Source of the DNA: Candidatus Electrothrix yaqonensis
Lineage (GTDB): Bacteria > Desulfobacterota > Desulfobulbia > Desulfobulbales > Desulfobulbaceae
Length of the DNA stretch: 32,000 nucleotides
Assembly (NCBI GenBank): GCA_047651235.1
Contig: CP178758.1
Span: 270,001-302,000, forward strand
Direction: 5' to 3'
The translations under genes were made by a program, and so were the position numbers. Below the pieces are notes generated by a model that was given only the letters and a program-made list of their open reading frames with translations, did no database searches and had not been told where the DNA came from. Numbering within the stretch: the stretch's first letter is position 1; every line of letters begins with the position of its first letter. Positions 26,324 through 32,000 of the stretch are shown in pieces.

Positions 26324-26899
26324 CTAACACTCATCGATAGTCTCATCTTCCTCAAGTTGTTGCAGGTAGCACTCAAGGTTGCCTGAAATTTTTTTCAGTA
26401 CGTCTGGCAAATAATGTGAAAGCTCCTCCATAGTAAGATTATCTCCTAGAGGACCACCGTGATAGTAGCGCATATGCGAAAGGACATCTTGTTGCTCCGA
26501 TTTCTCAAGTTTTTCAAAGGGATTTTCCGAAGAGTGATTGTGAAAATCAGAGAGATGAACGAATGCGCATCCAAATTTATACACCGATTGTGTCCATCCT
26601 TGCAGTTGCTGGGCCAAATCGACCATATCTCGGTCTGTCACTTTTTTCCATTTTCCTTTATGCGTAAGAACTCTCCATTGTTTACCACTTAGCGTAAGGT
26701 TTACAAGTCGGTAGCGTTCATATAGATCTGCAATGGAGAGAAGATATATCACTCTAACCATTGAGTCCAATTCTTGACGAAGAATTGAAAATGCGGGGCT
26801 CAACACACTGTGTACAGATGAAAATGAGCGCAGAGCTGTTTGGTTTTCTTTGGATCTTTTTCTAATCAGACCGCAGAATTTTTCTATATCAGTGTTCAC
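26324..26899 (-). CDS. hypothetical protein (191 aa), no family recognised
   Basis: GTG start with AGGAG 7 nt upstream. AT-rich. Predicted mostly helical, with an acidic C-terminus. Confidence 0.6.
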   Translation of the reverse strand: MNTDIEKFCGLIRKRSKENQTALRSFSSVHSVLSPAFSILRQELDSMVRVIYLLSIADLYERYRLVNLTLSGKQWRVLTHKGKWKKVTDRDMVDLAQQLQGWTQSVYKFGCAFVHLSDFHNHSSENPFEKLEKSEQQDVLSHMRYYHGGPLGDNLTMEELSHYLPDVLKKISGNLECYLQQLEEDETIDEC

Positions 26900-26916
26900 G
26901 TTTTTCTCCTGATTTT

Positions 26917-26988
26917 CAAGCTCCAGCTTGGAAATCCTTGTTTCTGAAGCGGAGCTTCACGGTATCAGTGGCCCAATCGGAGCTTGGG
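26917..26988. repeat. array of three short hairpins at 27-28-nt spacing, each containing SSAGCTTS
   Basis: The hairpins are CAAGCT-cc-AGCTTG (26917-26930), TGAAGC-gga-GCTTCA (26945-26959) and CCCAA-tcggagc-TTGGG (26972-26988). Confidence 0.6.
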
Positions 26989-27026
26989 TACCAGTAAAGC
27001 CAGTCCTCTGAAAATAATAACTTCGT

Positions 27027-28157
27027 CTAGTTCCTGGATTGCTTATCTAAATATCTTTTGTAGTCGCCGATAATAAAACCTATTGGTCCCATCCCTGGAA
27101 GGAACTTTCCAAGAAACTGATCTAACCCACCTATGACCATACCGGAAATTGGCTCCGCAATTCCTATACCGGTTGATGCCAGCCATCGAACGCTCTTTGC
27201 TTTTTTTGTTTTCAGTACTTCTCCTATTTTCTGTTTCCACCCTCCCAATAAATCTTTTACTTCTTCATCGGTAAGCTTGGTCGAATCATGAAGCCAATCA
27301 CGAAGTATTCGCGCTTCATCACTATCTCTAAGTCGAAGCAACATATCTACATCCACTTTCAGTCCAGCATCTAAAACTGGCACTTCTGCTATCTCTCTAA
27401 TTCTAGTGAATTCATGACGGAAATCAGACTGCAAATGGATATTAGACGTAAAATCAATGCGATCAGCAATAAAATCAACCTGCAGGGGAGTAAGACCTGA
27501 AGCCGCACCAACTGCTTGCATTCGAAGTAATTGCAGGTTTGTACCAGTAACACCAAAAAAAGGCTTTTTTATCATCTCATGTATTTCTTCTCCACCTAAA
27601 CCGAGTAAATCTCCAAGGTTTGTTGTTACTTCAAATACTTCATCTGACACTTCTTCAACATTTAACTCAACTTTCGCATGATCTACTGAAAAGTTAGTTG
27701 TCCGCTTTAAGTAGTCAATGAACAGTCGTTTGAGAATATTCTCTTTATTCGCGATATCCGTTCTGAAAGCATCAATTGTTTTAAGCGACGCAGGATCAAT
27801 AAAACGCAGAGTTTCAAGTATGCGACCCTGAATCCGTGATAGCTTCCCACTATCAATCCCTGGATTTCTTTTGGTTTTGGCGATATCTTTCGCTATTCGT
27901 TCTTCAACTGAAGGGTTATTCGGATTTTTTGGATCTACAAAGATGGTTTCGAATCCGTACCGGAGTGGACGATCCAATGGTCGATTTTGAAAAAAACCAG
28001 GTTTTTTATAGTCGTATGTGCCTTGGGCGTTAGGGATACCTCCTGCCAGAGCCAATCGTCCTTCCTCCAAAAGGCGCAGAGTCCCAGTCGATCCTACCGA
28101 ATCAATAAGGCATGGTATAATCGCCGAATCAGAAACAAGGACTGTGTCAAAAAGCAA
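27027..28157 (-). CDS. hypothetical protein (376 aa in track), no family recognised; Gly-rich hydrophobic C-terminus
   Basis: Long AT-rich ORF with no in-frame ATG near its 5' end; the track start is TTG. An ATG at about 28237 in another frame could be the original start. Confidence 0.6.
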   Translation of the reverse strand: MLFDTVLVSDSAIIPCLIDSVGSTGTLRLLEEGRLALAGGIPNAQGTYDYKKPGFFQNRPLDRPLRYGFETIFVDPKNPNNPSVEERIAKDIAKTKRNPGIDSGKLSRIQGRILETLRFIDPASLKTIDAFRTDIANKENILKRLFIDYLKRTTNFSVDHAKVELNVEEVSDEVFEVTTNLGDLLGLGGEEIHEMIKKPFFGVTGTNLQLLRMQAVGAASGLTPLQVDFIADRIDFTSNIHLQSDFRHEFTRIREIAEVPVLDAGLKVDVDMLLRLRDSDEARILRDWLHDSTKLTDEEVKDLLGGWKQKIGEVLKTKKAKSVRWLASTGIGIAEPISGMVIGGLDQFLGKFLPGMGPIGFIIGDYKRYLDKQSRN

Positions 28158-28352
28158 GATGGCTTAACAAGCCTTCCAGATTCTAACAGTCCGTCTTTGC
28201 TTTGGAATCCACTGTAGAGTGTGCGAGTGATAGTCATTTCAATATTGATCAAAAAAAAACATAACAGTAATTAAAAAGTGATAACGTTCTATCCTATTGC
28301 CAGCAACAGCTCGCCGCATTTTCTCCTTCCAGCCCTCAGCCAACCACTTAAA

Positions 28353-29207
28353 TCACACCGCCGCAACAGCAAAAAACTCCACCCCGTGTCGATCTGACCC
28401 CTTGATTAATTCCGGTGCCTCTCTCCAGCTATGTTTCTGCAAGAACGACGAAAGCTCTTCAGGCCGGATACTCCACACCCACGGCTCGCCGACAACTCTT
28501 TGCAGCCAAAGCATCAACCCGGTCCACCTCCCCACATATGGCCGACCATCTTCGCCGCTGGGAATGTAGGAAAAGGCGATGCGCGATCCCTGACCGACAC
28601 TTGCCGCGCATTGCCTGAACAAGGATTGCACAGCTTCCGTTGGTAAATACATGACAAGCCCTTCGGCAAGGATAACGCTTTGCGCAGTTACGTCCCAATT
28701 CGCATTTGTTCCCAGCACATCAGACAGTTCCCTCTCACCCAAATCCTCAGCGATCAGATGCAAATTCTCACTTGCTCCTAACGCCTCAATCCCTTTCTGT
28801 TTCAGAGAAGATGTGGCCGGATGATCAATTTCAAAAAAATGTACGCCCGGAAACTCCGGTGCCAATCGACAGCACAGGGTATCATATCCTGCTCCGAGGA
28901 CAAGCACCTGGGTCGCTCCGCTGCTGATACTGTCTCGTACCTGCTGTTCACAGAAGGCCTTGCGATGGGCAAATGCCTCAAACTGACCCGGCAACATCCA
29001 GTCAAAGGCTTCATACACAGCAATCATTCTGGGAGAGCGGGCCAACCGGACTGTCCTTTCCCCGGCAGCACCTGATGCAACAAGTAACTGTGCCGTGGCA
29101 TCAACAATCCCGTGCGGAAGAACCGCGTCCATTCCGGGTTGAGAGCCAAGAGTGACAATGTTCAGAGCGACCTTGCGGGCCGTCATGCTCGGTTTGTTGT
29201 GCTTCAT
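28353..29207 (-). CDS. SAM-dependent methyltransferase of the LCMT / TIGR00027 type
   Basis: SMTARKVA..., VLVLGAGYDT and FFEIDHPAT are characteristic of this family. Confidence 0.75.
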   Translation of the reverse strand: MKHNKPSMTARKVALNIVTLGSQPGMDAVLPHGIVDATAQLLVASGAAGERTVRLARSPRMIAVYEAFDWMLPGQFEAFAHRKAFCEQQVRDSISSGATQVLVLGAGYDTLCCRLAPEFPGVHFFEIDHPATSSLKQKGIEALGASENLHLIAEDLGERELSDVLGTNANWDVTAQSVILAEGLVMYLPTEAVQSLFRQCAASVGQGSRIAFSYIPSGEDGRPYVGRWTGLMLWLQRVVGEPWVWSIRPEELSSFLQKHSWREAPELIKGSDRHGVEFFAVAAV

Positions 29208-29782
29208 CTGATAATTTTTACGATTTCAGCTTCCTTTCTCTTGGGCACAGGAGGGATGTTTTCCGGGTAGCCCAGGATGATCGGGGCAACAATTGTACAG
29301 TTGTCCGGTATCGCCAGCTCCTTCAGCATCTCTGGGTCATGTATCTCAGTGCCGAGATTCACCCAGCATGTTCCCAAGCCTCTGGAGCTTGCCGCCATCA
29401 TGAAATAACTGGCTGCCAAGGCACAATCGACAGAGAGATTCTTCAGATGAGAAAGTCCGAGAATCATCACCAGACATGGCGCATTGTAGAAGACATTGAA
29501 CGATTCATTCTCCAGCATCCCTTGGTATTTCTTGGCATAATCATCGGGATTGGCGGCAATGCGGGCCAGGATGTTTTTCTTGCTCTCGTCCGAGATTTTC
29601 TGCAGCATCTCCCTGTTGTTAACGATGATAAACTTCCAGGGCTGCTCGTTCCCTGCATTGGGGGCAAGCGTGCTTTCCTTGATCATCTCCTGGATAAGAT
29701 CGACAGCTACAGGTTTGTCCTGGTATTTCCCTACGGAGCGTCGATTCTTGAGTAACTCTTTAAATGTCATAATGTTATCCAC
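29204..29782 (-). CDS. nitroreductase-family flavoprotein
   Basis: LKNRRSVGKY, APNAGNEQPWKFIIV and ...GLGTCW.... The stop overlaps the downstream start by 4 nt. Confidence 0.85.
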   Translation of the reverse strand: MDNIMTFKELLKNRRSVGKYQDKPVAVDLIQEMIKESTLAPNAGNEQPWKFIIVNNREMLQKISDESKKNILARIAANPDDYAKKYQGMLENESFNVFYNAPCLVMILGLSHLKNLSVDCALAASYFMMAASSRGLGTCWVNLGTEIHDPEMLKELAIPDNCTIVAPIILGYPENIPPVPKRKEAEIVKIIR

Positions 29783-29818
29783 CGAGATTCTGATTGGATG
29801 AGGTCGTTTTGCCGTAGC

Positions 29819-30823
29819 CTATCTAGTAACCCTGAATAATACAAACGACGGAATCAGCATTTCACTTTTAATTTTACGATAGCCTGCTTTTTTTAGCTGA
29901 TCATGTATTTGCTTTGGACTAGGAAGAGGGCCGTAGCCATCTGTCATGGAGGTCCATAAATTCATAAGACTCAGAGATGGATCCTTCCCCTTACACATAC
30001 TTGTTAATATTAATTCGCCACCGGGCTTTAAATGCTCCCCAAGTTCTTTTAAAAGATCAATTCTTTCATCAAGAGGGAAGTAATAGATAAGATTATAAAA
30101 TGTAACCAGATCAAAATCTGACTTGCTTTCATATTTTCGAATATCTGTATTTTCAATATCGACGCGATCTTCAAAGTCCCAGGTTTTAATATTTTCTCTT
30201 GCGAAATCCGCAACGCTTTGCTGAACTTCCAAGCCAACCGCAGTTAATAAGGGATTCAGTTCACAGGCACGTTTAATATAAATTCCTGAGCCACAACCGA
30301 CCTCCAACAATCGATAGGGTTTGCTTTTGGGTATAATTTTATCAACAACATCAAGCAAAACAGGCTCAAGTGTTCGTGAGGATCTGGCAACTAGTTCCCC
30401 ATGAGCTTCGCTGTATTTAAACTGCATATTTTTTTTGAGCATTGAAGGTGTATTAACAATAAAATTATAAAAAACCTCAGATCGTACTTGTAAAAACGCA
30501 TGCCATGTATCATTGGATGGCTTTACAAGTTCTTTAGAGAGTTTGCCTTTAATGGAATACCCCCTGGCGCTTTTTTTAAGTTCACCAAGACTGACACCTA
30601 AATCGAGCCACGCCCTGAGGCCTTCAGAATTGAAATCCGATTGAAATAATTTTTGTATTTCCTCAAATGTAGCAGGCTTAGATTGCATGATATCATACAT
30701 GCCTTCAGAAATTGCCGTTAAGACAAAACCTGTACGACAGGTCTCTTTAGTTAATTTGCCGATACGGAGCATCAGCATTACAGGTGTGTTCGAAAAGAAT
30801 TTAATTAATGATTTTATCGCCAT
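29819..30823 (-). CDS. class I SAM-dependent (O-)methyltransferase with an N-terminal dimerisation/wHTH-like domain
   Basis: Motif I is LLEVGCGSGIY. The N-terminal ~150 aa resemble the Methyltransf_2-type dimerisation region. Confidence 0.7.
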   Translation of the reverse strand: MAIKSLIKFFSNTPVMLMLRIGKLTKETCRTGFVLTAISEGMYDIMQSKPATFEEIQKLFQSDFNSEGLRAWLDLGVSLGELKKSARGYSIKGKLSKELVKPSNDTWHAFLQVRSEVFYNFIVNTPSMLKKNMQFKYSEAHGELVARSSRTLEPVLLDVVDKIIPKSKPYRLLEVGCGSGIYIKRACELNPLLTAVGLEVQQSVADFARENIKTWDFEDRVDIENTDIRKYESKSDFDLVTFYNLIYYFPLDERIDLLKELGEHLKPGGELILTSMCKGKDPSLSLMNLWTSMTDGYGPLPSPKQIHDQLKKAGYRKIKSEMLIPSFVLFRVTR

Positions 30824-30950
30824 ATGAACTCCTTGATAAGAAAATTTGCCTTGTGGGTTATGATTAAAAACACATAACGTTTAGCTGTGCCGCCCTGCTT
30901 TTTGGGTCGGCACAAGTGGTTGTCTGGGCAGCATGATAACTGCTTACAAA

Positions 30951-31682
30951 TTAATATATTCCAGGAATCAACCTATATCGTACCCGTCGTACATATACTT
31001 TATATCCTCTCAATTCTTCATGAAGCGTTCTGTCTTCTATTTTCGTTCTTATCACGGCGATTATTATGGCTATGACTACTGGAATCAATGTCCACACTGA
31101 ACCTAAAGCAAGAACAATACCTGGAAGTGCCAACATATTTCCGGCATAGCCCGGATGTCGCACAATCCGATAGGGACCACTGTCACACACTACATGCCCT
31201 CGGTCCACCTGAATACGCACCACGCTGGAGAAAAAGCGATTCTCTATCAATGCCCACTCAGCGAAAGCGTATCCGATCGAGATCAAAAGGAAACCGAGCA
31301 TGATGAGCCACAACGGGAATACGGGTGACCAGCCAAAACGATGATCTAACCCGGCCACAATGACAAGTGGGAAACTCACACTCAGTGCCATCAATGGTGC
31401 AAGTACTTTGTCCCAAGCTTTCGCGCCTTGGACTTTCTCCATATTTTGTCGTTCAGCTGTTAATCCTGGATTTCGCTGTTCCGCCCACCTGCGGCCACCA
31501 ATACCTGCGGCCAAGATCAGGAGGGAATATAGCCACGCCTCCCACCAGCCAAGATCCCCGCCACATATAAATAAAGCCAGCGGAATAAGTAGATAAACCA
31601 CAGTTAACCTAATCCACTGGCGTGGGGATACTGTTTGAACTGCCTCTTCATTAACCGCCTTTGCTGACATGTCATCCTCCAA
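30951..31682 (-). CDS. integral-membrane methyltransferase of the ICMT/PEMT (isoprenylcysteine carboxyl methyltransferase-like) family
   Basis: Multiple TM helices, plus the SGPYRIVRHPGYAGNML signature. Confidence 0.75.
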   Translation of the reverse strand: MEDDMSAKAVNEEAVQTVSPRQWIRLTVVYLLIPLALFICGGDLGWWEAWLYSLLILAAGIGGRRWAEQRNPGLTAERQNMEKVQGAKAWDKVLAPLMALSVSFPLVIVAGLDHRFGWSPVFPLWLIMLGFLLISIGYAFAEWALIENRFFSSVVRIQVDRGHVVCDSGPYRIVRHPGYAGNMLALPGIVLALGSVWTLIPVVIAIIIAVIRTKIEDRTLHEELRGYKVYVRRVRYRLIPGIY

Positions 31683-31742
31683 AATAAGATGGATTTGAGT
31701 GTGTGCAGGATGTTTTCGTTGGGTGATTTTCCTGAAAATCCC

Positions 31743-32000
31743 CTAATCGTTTTCTGCCTCTGAGGGGTATATTGAGACCCATTGCCTGACTGAACCACGA
31801 CCATAGAGGTCTCCCACAAAAAATTCCGGCATGGTCCCGGGTGGCTCGATCAGAGATGCTCCGTAATGGTTTCTGACCCACGAGCCTTTGTAACCGGCGA
31901 GTCTAATGATCGTTGGGAATATCTGAAAATGGCTCGTCTTGTTGTAATTGGTCTCGTGGGCTGCCTTAAATTTTTTCAGAACAACTTCGTTATTGGAGAA
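31743..32000 (-). CDS. C-terminal end of a sulfatase/phosphoethanolamine-transferase-like protein (gene begins beyond the window)
   Basis: The frame is open on the minus strand from the window edge: ...TSHFQIFPTIIRLAGYKGSWVRNHYGASLIEP...SEAEND, ending at TAG 31743-31745. The FPTIIxLxG pattern is typical of sulfatase-fold C-termini. Track ORFs here are in other frames. Confidence 0.4.
   Translation of the reverse strand, partial: FSNNEVVLKKFKAAHETNYNKTSHFQIFPTIIRLAGYKGSWVRNHYGASLIEPPGTMPEFFVGDLYGRGSVRQWVSIYPSEAEND

Noticed and set aside
27378-27393. TGGCAC-ttctg-CTATC, resembling the -24 element of a sigma54 promoter.
   Set aside because: The -12 GC is not at the required spacing, the site is inside a CDS, and it is on the strand opposite to all local genes.
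27945-27956. GGTTTCGAATCC, which resembles a tRNA T-arm/T-loop (GGTTCGAATCC).
   Set aside because: It has an extra T, I could not build flanking acceptor, D or anticodon stems, and it lies inside a long ORF.
28262-28342. 26-codon mini-ORF (MRRAVAGNRIERYHFLITVMFFFDQY) on the minus strand after the LCMT-type methyltransferase gene. Coordinates are approximate.
   Set aside because: It is very short, the SD-to-ATG spacing is too tight, and nothing supports it beyond an open frame.
20878-32000. Possibility that the co-directional accessory genes form an integron cassette array.
   Set aside because: No IntI-type integrase is present in the window. Inspection of the spacers (e.g. 22292-22444, 26900-27026, 28158-28352, 30824-30950) found hairpins but no convincing R''/R' (RYYYAAC ... 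GTTRRRY) attC architecture.

Overview
This 32-kb window looks like chromosome from an anaerobic, sulfur-cycling, Desulfobacterota-like bacterium. That origin is inferred from gene content only: YeeE/TusA/DsrE-like sulfur relay, CooT, and a BcrAD/BadFG-type activase. The left two thirds (1-20.9 kb) are mostly core-type genes. They include an HGD-D dehydratase-like gene with its activase, a 2TM/RCK K+ channel, an unusual secreted S1 serine protease, a yeeE / tusA-dsrE-like sulfur-trafficking locus, and a large membrane-anchored protein with a cysteine-less UBC/E2-like (UEV-type) domain. They also hold a cooT plus His-rich protein pair, serA, DUF1844, ldcA, a large lipoprotein and comB. These genes are interrupted by decayed mobile DNA: an ISAzo13 transposase remnant at 1.8-2.2 kb and a nested IS982/IS200/ABC-ATPase junk patch at 15.0-16.3 kb. 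The right third (20.9-32 kb) is an accessory tract read entirely on the minus strand, and its base composition looks mosaic by eye. It contains an FtsX-permease remnant, an alpha/beta hydrolase, a Nudix hydrolase, four different methyltransferases, a nitroreductase and a GNAT gene. The GNAT gene is split by a 1501-bp ISKra4-like IS with 23-bp inverted repeats (IRs) and a 9-bp target-site duplication (TSD). The tract also holds an AT-rich two-gene module of unrecognisable proteins separated by a periodic triple-hairpin array. No rRNA, tRNA or CRISPR array was seen. The best candidates for new biology are the UEV-like membrane protein, the orphan AT-rich two-gene module, the sulfur-relay locus with an untracked 57-codon ORF and operator-like repeats, and the protease with a long charged insert between its catalytic His and Asp. 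All family assignments come from motif recognition by eye, with no database search. Coordinates derived by hand, rather than taken from the ORF track, may be off by 1-2 nt.
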